Shown here: positions 10,857 to 19,258 of the stretch, one piece after another
Numbering within the stretch: position 1 is the stretch's first letter
How the letters are laid out: each line of letters begins with the position of its first letter
Source of the DNA: Candidatus Nomurabacteria bacterium
Lineage (GTDB): Bacteria; Patescibacteriota; Minisyncoccia; Phycocordibacterales; UBA5272
Assembly (NCBI GenBank): GCA_037130925.1
Contig: JBAXSC010000001.1
Span: forward strand, 90,896 to 154,895
Reading direction: 5' to 3'
DNA length: 64,000 bases
Made by a program: the position numbers and the translations under genes
The notes under the pieces: generated by a model
Databases searched by the model: none
The model's input: only the letters and a program-made list of their open reading frames with translations
What the model was told of the DNA's origin: nothing

Positions 10857-11393
10857 ATGAAAAAGATTGAATTAGTTCTTAAGGACAAAGGGAATGGTAG
10901 ATACTATTTCTCGAACAAGAAAACTGATAGTGAAAATGAAATTTTCACTAATAAACAAGGAGGAGTAGATATAGTAATAAACTTTCTTTCTGAAGAAAGA
11001 ATTACAAAATGTCATGCTGTAGAACTTATAGATGAAATAGTTAGTCTGCAAACTTTGCCGATAACTAAAAAATCTGTAGATAGTCAATTAACTGCTGACA
11101 TTACGAGTCTTACTTTGATTTATGCTGTTAGAACTGGTATTAATAAGTTTTCCGTAACAGAAACAGAAAAAGATTTACCAAAATTTTCTGTTTGTGAATG
11201 TGGTATGCATGGAGAATTTATTGGTACAGATTTTCTTTCTCGTCAGATTACTAATCAGGAAGATTGTTTTGAATACTTAGAAGGACTTTTTTCTTCTGGT
11301 AGGATAAATAAAACTGAGCGTAATAAGCTTACACTGGAAATTGAAACTTCTGGTTTACAGTTAAATGCTCCTGTAGATTCGTCGCTTAATTAA
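10857..11393 (+). CDS. hypothetical protein
   Basis: 178-aa ORF followed by a hairpin terminator at about 11425..11460. Confidence 0.5.
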   Translation: MKKIELVLKDKGNGRYYFSNKKTDSENEIFTNKQGGVDIVINFLSEERITKCHAVELIDEIVSLQTLPITKKSVDSQLTADITSLTLIYAVRTGINKFSVTETEKDLPKFSVCECGMHGEFIGTDFLSRQITNQEDCFEYLEGLFSSGRINKTERNKLTLEIETSGLQLNAPVDSSLN

Positions 11394-11593
11394 TTAGTAG
11401 AACGGGTGGGTTAATAATAAGAGGACTGATTGTCGTAAGATAATCTGGTCCTTTTTTATTTATTTAAAATACTTACTAAATATTCTAGTTCTTGATATAA
11501 TTGATTTAATAATTTAAAGTCAGAGGACACAAAAATTAAGACTAATCATAATTAAAATGCGAGTGAATAAGAAATTATTCGCTCGCATTTTGA

Positions 11594-12280
11594 TTAAATA
11601 CCTAAAATCTTTAAAATTTCATCAAGTACTTCTTCCTTTGATTTTTGAGATTTTTTTATCTCATCAAAACAATTGATTTTTTGCCATCCATACTTTTCTA
11701 TACACCATAAACCAGACTTGTTGCTATTTTCAAGATAAATAGGATCATTTTCTCCTGCGTCCATTTTTACATTCTGGCCCAAGAGTCTTTGATTTTCTTT
11801 ATTTTTCATAGCAATCTCAGTTGGAAGATATAAGAAAAAAGTTATGTCAGGTTTTGGAAGTTGAAATTCTCCATACTCTAAATTTGATAAAAAAGAAATA
11901 AGATCTTCTCTTTCTTTATCGTCAGTAATTTTTCCACCTTGATGGATAAAATTAGAAGCGACATATCTATCAAAAATAAGAAAATCATTTTCAGAAATCA
12001 TTTTATTAATTTCTTCTTTTGATTCAGCTCTGTCCATCACATATAGAAGTGAAGCTAATTTTGGATTACGATTAATAAAATCGTATTCACTAGCTCTTTC
12101 ACTTTTTAATACTTCTCTTAAAAGATTTCCTCCTAGAGTAGAGCTGTAATATCTAGGAAATGAAAGTGTCGCAACTTTCTTATCTAATTTTTTTATTAGA
12201 TATTCTTTTAATAAATCTGTAGTTGTGGCTTTTCCGGCTCCGTCACTACCTTCGATTGAAATGGTTTGATAATTTTTCAT
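11594..12280 (-). CDS. tmk: thymidylate kinase
   Basis: 228-aa ORF with P-loop ISIEGSDGAGKATT and a DRY motif (IFDRYVAS). Confidence 0.85.
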   Translation of the reverse strand: MKNYQTISIEGSDGAGKATTTDLLKEYLIKKLDKKVATLSFPRYYSSTLGGNLLREVLKSERASEYDFINRNPKLASLLYVMDRAESKEEINKMISENDFLIFDRYVASNFIHQGGKITDDKEREDLISFLSNLEYGEFQLPKPDITFFLYLPTEIAMKNKENQRLLGQNVKMDAGENDPIYLENSNKSGLWCIEKYGWQKINCFDEIKKSQKSKEEVLDEILKILGI

Positions 12281-12489
12281 CTTATATATTTTTATAATTA
12301 ATTAAATAACGAAATTCTATCTTAAAAATACAACATAAATTTACATAAATCAACCTTTGCAAAGGTAGTTTAAAAATGGTATTTTAAAACCAGAAATTTA
12401 AATAATTTATTAACGTTCTAAAAAAATAAAACATGGAAGAAAAAACTTTATCAGGAATATAAGGATGGGAATATCCATATTTATCTGCA

Positions 12490-13371
12490 ATGGAAGCCTG
12501 TTTAGAAACAGGAGACAGAAGAGAAACTCGTAATGGAGTGACTCTGGCAAAATTTGTCCGAGAAATGCGTTTTGATTTGAAAAAAGGTTTTCCTTTATTA
12601 ACAACAAAGGAAGTTAATTTCAAATTAATTGTGGCTGAACTACTTTGGTTCCTCGAAGGAGGAAGAAGACCAAACAAATCCCGTAGTGAACTTTACGGCA
12701 GAATGTCTTTTAAAAGACTGGAAGAAATTTATGGTAAACCAATCAAACAAATGTGGGTTGGTGATGCTGAAAATTTTGCAAAGCGAAACATGGCAGAATT
12801 TGATGGTGACTGCGGTAGAATTTATGGTTCACAATGGACTAATTGGAAGTCTCCTGACGGTACAGTAATAAACCAAATAGATGATTTAATTAAAAAATTA
12901 AAATCAGACTATACTGGTCGTTATGCTCGTGTTACTGCTTGGAATCCTGCAGAACTTTACGACATGTCACTGCCTGCATGCCACACAGACTTTCAGTGTT
13001 TTGTAAGGAAAGACAGTGAAGAAAAAAAACATTTGTCACTTCACATGAACCAACGTTCTTGCGACATGTTCCTTGGAGTACCTTTCAACATTGCTAGCTA
13101 TGCTCTACTTACACACATGATTGCGCAAGTCTGTGACATGGAAGTAGATGAACTGCCTATTACTTTGAATGATTATCATGTGTATGAAATTCACACAGAA
13201 GCAGTTAGAGAGCAATTAGGTCGGGCTCCAAGTATCGAGATTCCACAGCTTTGGATTAATCCTGAAGTTAAAGACATTGATAGTTTTACTATGGATGACT
13301 TTAAAATTTTAAATTACAATCCACAAAGCCGGATCAAAGCAGAAGTTTTAACAGAAGTTGTGAAAAAGTAA
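12490..13371 (+). CDS. thyA: thymidylate synthase ThyA (B. subtilis/phage-like subtype)
   Basis: 293-aa ORF with FPLLTTKEV, catalytic LPACHTDFQCF and a C-terminus LWINPEVKDIDSFTMDDFKILNY. The conserved N-terminal helix appears to continue upstream across an in-frame TAA (see findings). Confidence 0.9.
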   Translation: MEACLETGDRRETRNGVTLAKFVREMRFDLKKGFPLLTTKEVNFKLIVAELLWFLEGGRRPNKSRSELYGRMSFKRLEEIYGKPIKQMWVGDAENFAKRNMAEFDGDCGRIYGSQWTNWKSPDGTVINQIDDLIKKLKSDYTGRYARVTAWNPAELYDMSLPACHTDFQCFVRKDSEEKKHLSLHMNQRSCDMFLGVPFNIASYALLTHMIAQVCDMEVDELPITLNDYHVYEIHTEAVREQLGRAPSIEIPQLWINPEVKDIDSFTMDDFKILNYNPQSRIKAEVLTEVVKK

Positions 13372-13504
13372 AATACTTTACATGACTTCTAAAAACGAGT
13401 TTATTGAATAAATAGGCTCGTTTTTTTATTTTACAAATCTATTTATTTTGTATATAATCGCTTTAGTTTAAATAATGTATTTTTTAATTTTAAATATATA
13501 AAAG

Positions 13505-13762
13505 ATGGATACTGAAACACGTCACAAACTTAAACTTAAAGAGTTAAGTTCAGACCCGAAACATGAGAAAGCTTCTGAAGGAAAGTTTAGAGCTTTAGTT
13601 ATTATGGATTCTGTAATTTATCAAATCGAAGATGATAAAAATACCAGAGAAGAAGCTTATGAACTGTGTAGACAGTTGATTGATGAATTTAATTGTATTC
13701 AGATTTTTGATGATAAAGGTGTTGCTCAAATTAAAGATAATGTTCTTATACCAATATTATAA
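13505..13762 (+). CDS. hypothetical protein
   Basis: 85-aa ORF followed by two hairpin terminators. Confidence 0.45.
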   Translation: MDTETRHKLKLKELSSDPKHEKASEGKFRALVIMDSVIYQIEDDKNTREEAYELCRQLIDEFNCIQIFDDKGVAQIKDNVLIPIL

Positions 13763-13867
13763 TTTGATGACAAACTTTATCAAAAAGAGTATTAATTTTT
13801 AATACTCTTTTTATTTTTTATAAAACAAAAACTCTAAATTTGATTTAGAGTTTTTGTTTATTTCTTG

Positions 13868-13938
13868 TTGCGGAACCTAGATTCGAACTAGGGTTTCAAG
13901 GTTATGAGCCTTGCGAGTTACCTTTACTCCATTCCGCG
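13868..13938 (-). tRNA. initiator tRNA-fMet (CAT)
   Basis: The minus-strand reading cgcggaatggagtaaaggtaactcgcaaggCTCATAAccttg...ttccgcaa shows a C1:A72 mismatch. It is strongly similar to E. coli tRNA-fMet at the 5' end and anticodon arm. Confidence 0.85.
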
Positions 13939-14027
13939 ATATTAGTAGATATAATAATAACACTTTGAATTTCTTTTTGCAAACAAATAATAAATATGTT
14001 AAAATACATTTGTTAAAAATAGAAAAT

Positions 14028-14101
14028 GCAGTGGTAGCTCAGCTGGTTAGAGCACCGCCCTGTCACGGCGGGGGTCGTGGGTTCGAGTCCCATTCACTGC
14101 G
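14028..14101 (+). tRNA. tRNA-Asp (GTC)
   Basis: gcagtggtagctcagctggttagagcaccgcCCTGTCACggcgg...cccattcactgc-g, with anticodon GTC and discriminator G. Confidence 0.9.
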
Positions 14102-14111
14102 CAAAAGGTAT

Positions 14112-14723
14112 ATGCCTAACATAATAAAAATAGGTGTTGATATTGATGATATTTTGCTGCCATTTAATGATGGTTTTATAAAGTTGGTTAATAAAAAATT
14201 AAATACAGACTTTAAAATTCATAATTGGTCTTCACGTGTTCTCGAAGACGAAACAAAATATTCAAAAGAAATGATATTTGAATTATTGGATGAATTTTCT
14301 TTTTCTAAAGAAGCAAAAGAAGTTACTCCAATATTTGGAGCTATAGAATCTATTGAAAAAATGAATAATTTAGGATGTGAATTATATGCTATAACAGCCC
14401 GTCCTTTATATCTTGAAAAAGAAACTAAAGAATTAATTAAAAAACATTTTCATAATCATTTTAAAGAAGTTTATCATCTAGGAAGTAGAAAAAAAGGAGA
14501 ATATTTGAAAGTTGATAAAGGTATTTTTTCTAAAGAATTTGGAATAAATATTTTTATTGAAGATTCTTTAAAAAATTCTTTAGATATAGCACAGCATAAT
14601 ATTCCTGTAATTCTTTTAGATAACCCTTGGAATCAGGAAGAAAATTTGCCAGAAAATATTTTTAGAGTAAAAGATTGGAATGAGATTTTACAAAAAATAG
14701 AAGAGCTAAAAAATATTATATAA
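14112..14723 (+). CDS. HAD-superfamily 5'(3')-deoxyribonucleotidase-like protein
   Basis: ORF 13911..14723 trimmed to the ATG at 14112, because the listed N-terminus reads through both tRNA genes. It has the DxDD HAD motif I (IGVDIDDILLPF). Confidence 0.6.
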   Translation: MPNIIKIGVDIDDILLPFNDGFIKLVNKKLNTDFKIHNWSSRVLEDETKYSKEMIFELLDEFSFSKEAKEVTPIFGAIESIEKMNNLGCELYAITARPLYLEKETKELIKKHFHNHFKEVYHLGSRKKGEYLKVDKGIFSKEFGINIFIEDSLKNSLDIAQHNIPVILLDNPWNQEENLPENIFRVKDWNEILQKIEELKNII

Positions 14724-14730
14724 TAGTAAT

Positions 14731-15381
14731 ATGAAAAACAAAGAAATAAAAATTAATAAAAATTCTATCGATAGGAATTTTATTATCTTCATTGGTAAGT
14801 CTGGTTGTGGAAAAGGAACTCAAGCTGAAAAGCTTCTGGAATTTATGGATAAAAATGGTTGTGAAGAAACACAATATATTTCTTCTGGTAAATTAATTCG
14901 CGGATTCATAGATAAATATTTAGCAGGGAATACAAATAAACATACGGGAAAAATAATTCACGATATGGTCACAAAAGGGAATCGCCTCCCAACATCTATT
15001 GCTGTTTGGAATTTTATGAATGCAATAATTAATGACAGTCAAAAAGGTTATAATATAATCCTTGATGGTTCACCAAGAACACTGATGGAGCATGAGGTAC
15101 TTCGTGAGACTATCCAATTTTTTAATTTCAGAAAGCCAATAATTGTATATTTAGATTTACCAGACAGGGATGCTGCAAATAGACTTCTTTCAAGAGGTAG
15201 AAATGATGACAAAGAAAAACAAATCCTTTCAAGATTGGAATGGTACAAAAAAGATGTTTCTCCAATTATCAATAAAGCAAAAAAAGATGAATATTATAAA
15301 TTTATAAAAATAGACGCTAGAAAAGATATTGAGACTCAACATAAAGAAATAATAAAAGAGATTTTTAATATAAACATTTAG
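14731..15381 (+). CDS. adenylate kinase family nucleoside-monophosphate kinase
   Basis: 216-aa ORF with P-loop GKSGCGKGTQAEKL, LDGSPRT and RGRNDD motifs. Confidence 0.75.
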   Translation: MKNKEIKINKNSIDRNFIIFIGKSGCGKGTQAEKLLEFMDKNGCEETQYISSGKLIRGFIDKYLAGNTNKHTGKIIHDMVTKGNRLPTSIAVWNFMNAIINDSQKGYNIILDGSPRTLMEHEVLRETIQFFNFRKPIIVYLDLPDRDAANRLLSRGRNDDKEKQILSRLEWYKKDVSPIINKAKKDEYYKFIKIDARKDIETQHKEIIKEIFNINI

Positions 15382-15389
15382 AGTTATTT

Positions 15390-15701
15390 ATGAAATATAG
15401 ATACATAGTACCAGTAGTCCTTTTATCTTCATTATTTCTCAGAGAAGAAAGAATTTTTTTATTTATTATTTTAATTTTTACATCATTTATGCTACTTTAT
15501 AAAAAAAGAAAAGAATATATTTATTTATATTTTTTTGGATTTTTCATGGGCAGTCTAATAGAGTATATTTTTATTACTTTTGGGGCGTGGACTTATAATT
15601 TACAAGATATATTTTATTTAAATTTTGGATTTTATCTTCCATTTTTATGGGGAATAACAGCTTTATGTTTTATTGAGTTTTATAAAAAAATAACAAATTA
15701 A
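15390..15701 (+). CDS. hypothetical membrane protein
   Basis: 103-aa hydrophobic ORF. Confidence 0.45.
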   Translation: MKYRYIVPVVLLSSLFLREERIFLFIILIFTSFMLLYKKRKEYIYLYFFGFFMGSLIEYIFITFGAWTYNLQDIFYLNFGFYLPFLWGITALCFIEFYKKITN

Positions 15702-15705
15702 AATT

Positions 15706-16431
15706 ATGACAATGATATTACTTGCGATGGCGACATTTCTATCAACTTTGATTGGTGGATATTTTTCTATTAAAAATCAAGACAAACTTCATAAAATAAT
15801 GGCATTTTCTGCTGGAGTTATTTTAGGGGTTGTATTTTTTGATATTTTTCCAGAATTGTTCGGATTAATTTCAAAAAATAATTTTGATTTTACTTCAGTG
15901 ATGATTTCTCTAACTGTCGGATTTTTAGTTTTCCATATTTTAGAAAAATCAATATTAATGCATCATCATCATGAAAGTGAGTACGGTGAGCACAAGCATC
16001 CAAATGTTGGCATTGCATCAGCTCTCGCACTCATTGGTCACTCTTTTATGGATGGAGTAGGGATCGGACTAGGATTTCAAGTTTCTCCTGTTGTCGGATT
16101 CGCTGTTGCTATAGCTGTGATAGCACATGATTTTACAGATGGAATGAATACTGTGGTTTTACTTTTAAATCATAAAAATTCAGATAAAAAAGCAAAGAGA
16201 TTTTTAATTTTAGATGCTCTTGCTCCAGTACTTGGAGTAATATTTACATTATTTTTTGTAATGCCAGAAAATTTCTTAATTCTTTATTTAGGATTTTTTG
16301 CTGGATTTTTACTTTACATTTCTGCGAGTGATATTCTTCCAGAAGCCCATGAAAAAGATTCTTCTTATAAAACTATCTTGGCAACTATTTTAGGATTGTT
16401 ATTTATTTTTATTGTGACTAGATTTGTGTAG
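15706..16431 (+). CDS. ZIP family divalent-metal (zinc) transporter
   Basis: 241-aa ORF with a His-rich loop HHHHESEYGEHKH plus GHSFMDGVGIG and AHDFTDG motifs. Confidence 0.85.
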   Translation: MTMILLAMATFLSTLIGGYFSIKNQDKLHKIMAFSAGVILGVVFFDIFPELFGLISKNNFDFTSVMISLTVGFLVFHILEKSILMHHHHESEYGEHKHPNVGIASALALIGHSFMDGVGIGLGFQVSPVVGFAVAIAVIAHDFTDGMNTVVLLLNHKNSDKKAKRFLILDALAPVLGVIFTLFFVMPENFLILYLGFFAGFLLYISASDILPEAHEKDSSYKTILATILGLLFIFIVTRFV

Positions 16432-16461
16432 TATAATATTCATATCTAATTTATTTTATTT

Positions 16462-16884
16462 ATGCTTGAATTTTTAAAAGAAAAGATAAAAAATAAATTA
16501 CCACATCATGCTATAGTGGTTTTTTCTTCTTTTATTTATATTGTTTGTGCGATGTTTATTGGGAGTAAAGATGTGACAGTTGTGAGTCTTTTATTTTTAG
16601 TTTTTCTTACAAGTATTTTTTATCATTCTTATCCTCATAATGCCTATTATCGTCTTGCTGATTGGATAGCTTCTGTGAGTTTTATTTTATATATTGGAAA
16701 ATTTGTTTTTGATTATGATGGGTCATATCATTTACTTATTTTGACAGCATTTTTAGCATTAGCTTCTTGGATTGTTTCAGAGATTTCTTATATTAAAGAT
16801 TGGAATAAGACATATAATGTTTCTCATACTTTTTGGCATATTGCTTCTAGTGTTATTGTGTTTTTAATCATTGTGTATATTTAA
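16462..16884 (+). CDS. hypothetical membrane protein
   Basis: 140-aa ORF with four predicted TM segments. Confidence 0.45.
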   Translation: MLEFLKEKIKNKLPHHAIVVFSSFIYIVCAMFIGSKDVTVVSLLFLVFLTSIFYHSYPHNAYYRLADWIASVSFILYIGKFVFDYDGSYHLLILTAFLALASWIVSEISYIKDWNKTYNVSHTFWHIASSVIVFLIIVYI

Positions 16885-16927
16885 TAAAAACAAAAACACC
16901 CCGAGAGGTGTTAGTTGTAATTAAAAT

Positions 16928-17284
16928 TTAAAATAATTTTTTTATAAGCTTTCTGTCTATTACGCTTATTATCCAAGAATTTGATTTGCAAAAGTGTATT
17001 GAAGGACTCTTGTCTAGTACCGGTTTTCCTTTTTCGTCTTGAACTTCTATTTCCCAGTCTGCTTCTATAAGCATGTGAATAGTTTTGCTTTGCACTATCT
17101 CTCTTTTAAAAGGGAGATTTTCTACTTTAAATTTACTGGATATTACTCCAGGCTCATTTGTTTTTGATTTAAAATCCGCAAGAATTAACTTTATGTTTTC
17201 ATTAACTTCTTTTTGAATTATTTCTTCTCCTAGAAGCTCTTCTGGACTTTTTAAGTCTGGATAATTAACATTGAAATTAGTCAT
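16928..17284 (-). CDS. hypothetical protein (cassette copy A)
   Basis: 118-aa ORF. It shares near-identical promoter/5' UTR and terminator sequences with the next gene. Confidence 0.5.
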   Translation of the reverse strand: MTNFNVNYPDLKSPEELLGEEIIQKEVNENIKLILADFKSKTNEPGVISSKFKVENLPFKREIVQSKTIHMLIEADWEIEVQDEKGKPVLDKSPSIHFCKSNSWIISVIDRKLIKKLF

Positions 17285-17427
17285 AATTAAATTAATTTAA
17301 TTGTTTTTGAATTTTGTTTGTACGTTTTACTGTCTTTATACTATAAAAATATGAGAATTTTGTCAAATCTGTTTTAATAATAAAAAACACCCCGAGAGGT
17401 GTTAGTTGTAATTTAAATTCTTTAATT

Positions 17428-17772
17428 CTACTTTTCAAAGTGTAAGAATTCCCACACTTTGTAAGATCTGTTGAATAGTGAAATTATGTATTTTTTCTCT
17501 ACACTTTTTTCTTTTACTATCCAGCCAGCATCCTGGAATTCAGACTTAATTTTTTTAAGTCCTTCTTCTGAAGTAGTTAGAATATTCTCTAATTTAATTA
17601 AGAATGATTTTCTGTTTTGATCTTCAGAAAACTCCTCTTCTATTAGATCTTTAATTTTTTTGATATCTTCTTCTAAAAATAGTTCTTTACTTCTATTTAG
17701 AAGAATCTTAGGACTCAGTGGATTTTCATTATTTTCCTCTGTGTCAGGTCCACCTAAAGTGTTCGTTTCCAT
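17428..17772 (-). CDS. hypothetical protein (cassette copy B)
   Basis: 114-aa ORF. Its flanks are duplicated from cassette A while the coding sequence is strongly diverged. Confidence 0.5.
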   Translation of the reverse strand: METNTLGGPDTEENNENPLSPKILLNRSKELFLEEDIKKIKDLIEEEFSEDQNRKSFLIKLENILTTSEEGLKKIKSEFQDAGWIVKEKSVEKKYIISLFNRSYKVWEFLHFEK

Positions 17773-17935
17773 AATTAAATAATTTAATTGTTTTTGAATA
17801 TTTTTTGTACGTTTTTTACTGGCTTTATACTATAAAAAAATATGAATTTTGTCAAATTTAATATTATTGACAGGTATATTTAATTTTTGTAGTATGTAGT
17901 CAGTTTCGTATTTCTAAATAATAAAAATTATAGTA

Positions 17936-18271
17936 ATGGAAAAAGAATTAATTAAAGGTTTTGAAGAAAATAACAAAAACTTCGAAATTTTGGCAGCTAA
18001 GTTTATAGCTGATGTTCATAAAAAGCTAGATTGTTGTTTACAAGAATCTTCTCCATCTATTGGCGGAAGAAAGGTTTTATTCGAAAAAGGTCCTTCTGGT
18101 ATCTTGTATGACAAGTTTGTTTCTTTAGAGGTTTTTGCAAATGGGCAAGTTTCATTTGAATATGTAAGTAGAAATTCCGGGAAAGTTATTTTGTTTTTTT
18201 ATTTACAAAAAGATGATAATGGAAAATTATTAAAAGAAGCAATCAGAAAAGCAAAAAAACATTTAATTTAA
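17936..18271 (+). CDS. hypothetical protein
   Basis: 111-aa ORF with an upstream TTGACA-17-TAGTAT promoter (about 17868..17896) and a downstream terminator aaagccgtat-ttg-atacggcttttttt. Confidence 0.5.
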   Translation: MEKELIKGFEENNKNFEILAAKFIADVHKKLDCCLQESSPSIGGRKVLFEKGPSGILYDKFVSLEVFANGQVSFEYVSRNSGKVILFFYLQKDDNGKLLKEAIRKAKKHLI

Positions 18272-18370
18272 AAACTTAAACTTAAATTTAAATTGACTTT
18301 TTAAAGCCGTATTTGATACGGCTTTTTTTATTTTATTAATTTGATATACTAAAAATATAATTATAAAAAT

Positions 18371-18928
18371 ATGAAATTTATTTTAAAGGTTGATGAAAAT
18401 ATTGAATTAAGGTTGAGATCTTTAGAAGACGTTGAAAGTTCTTTTGCTGTAACTAGAAAAAATATTAATCATTTAAAAACTTTTTTAAATTGGGCTACAG
18501 ACAATTTTAGTATAGAAGATTCAGAAAAATTTATAATTGCTTGTGAAGAAGGGTTTGTGAATGAAAAGAATTTAGATTTGGGTATTTTTTACCAAGGGAA
18601 AATAATAGGAAGTTGTGGATTTCATACTATTAGGAAAAATAATAAAGTGGCGGAGATAGGATATTGGATAGATGAAGATTTTCAAGGTAAAGGAATTATT
18701 TCTAAATGTGTCAAAGCTTTAGTAGTGTATGGTTTTGAAGAGTTAGGTTTAAATAGAATTCAAATATTATGTGCAACTGAAAATAAAGCTAGTGGAGCAG
18801 TTGCTATTAAATGTGGATTCAAACTGGAAGGAACACTTCGTAAAAATGTGATGTCAAATGGAGTAGTATATGACAGTTTTATTTTTAGTATTATTTCTGA
18901 TGAGTATAATAATTCTAAAAATATTTAA
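18371..18928 (+). CDS. GNAT N-acetyltransferase (RimJ/RimL-like)
   Basis: 185-aa ORF with an acetyl-CoA binding region (FQGKGIISKCVKALVVYGFEELGLNRIQILC). Confidence 0.8.
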   Translation: MKFILKVDENIELRLRSLEDVESSFAVTRKNINHLKTFLNWATDNFSIEDSEKFIIACEEGFVNEKNLDLGIFYQGKIIGSCGFHTIRKNNKVAEIGYWIDEDFQGKGIISKCVKALVVYGFEELGLNRIQILCATENKASGAVAIKCGFKLEGTLRKNVMSNGVVYDSFIFSIISDEYNNSKNI

Positions 18929-18977
18929 AATTAACTTTTATTTGCATTCTTTTTTTATTGTGATATTATTTATTTAT

Positions 18978-19163
18978 AGCCTTTGACCCAGAAAACACTG
19001 GTGAGGTGAGAGAAGAAAGTAGATGAAAATCTACAAGTAGAACTCTCCGTAAATCTACGAGAAAAGATATAATGAAGATATAAATAGGGTGGCACCGCGA
19101 CAAAATCGCCCCTAAAAATTTGTTTTTAATTTAAGACAAATTTTTATGGGTGATTTTATTTTA
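18978..19163 (+). promoter_or_regulatory. T-box leader (tRNA-sensing riboswitch) controlling aspS
   Basis: Canonical T-box sequence AGGGTGGCACCGCG at 19086..19099. An antiterminator is possible (GGG-UGGCACC bulge-GCGA...UCGC-CCC). A competing terminator helix forms between cccctaaaaatttgt (19109..19123) and acaaatttttatggg (19136..19150), followed by a T-rich tract. Confidence 0.85.
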
Positions 19164-19258
19164 TAAACTTATTAATTATCGCAAAATATTTTTTAAATTT
19201 GCGCCCCGCTAAAGCGAAAAAATTTAAAAAACACTTTGCTTTTAAAAATTAAAAAAAT

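Noticed and set aside
12460-12462. TAA in thyA as evidence for stop-codon reassignment.
   Set aside because: TAA terminates most well-supported genes in this window (for example clpB, pth, the 1053-aa surface protein and the HAD-like gene at 14112..14723), and long ORFs are uninterrupted under the standard code. There is therefore no genome-wide recoding.
13911-14111. The N-terminal 67 codons of listed ORF 13911..14723 (TTG start).
   Set aside because: This stretch reads straight through the antisense of tRNA-fMet and through tRNA-Asp (the translation contains AQLVRAPPCHGGGRGFESH, which is tRNA sequence). The CDS was trimmed to the ATG at 14112.
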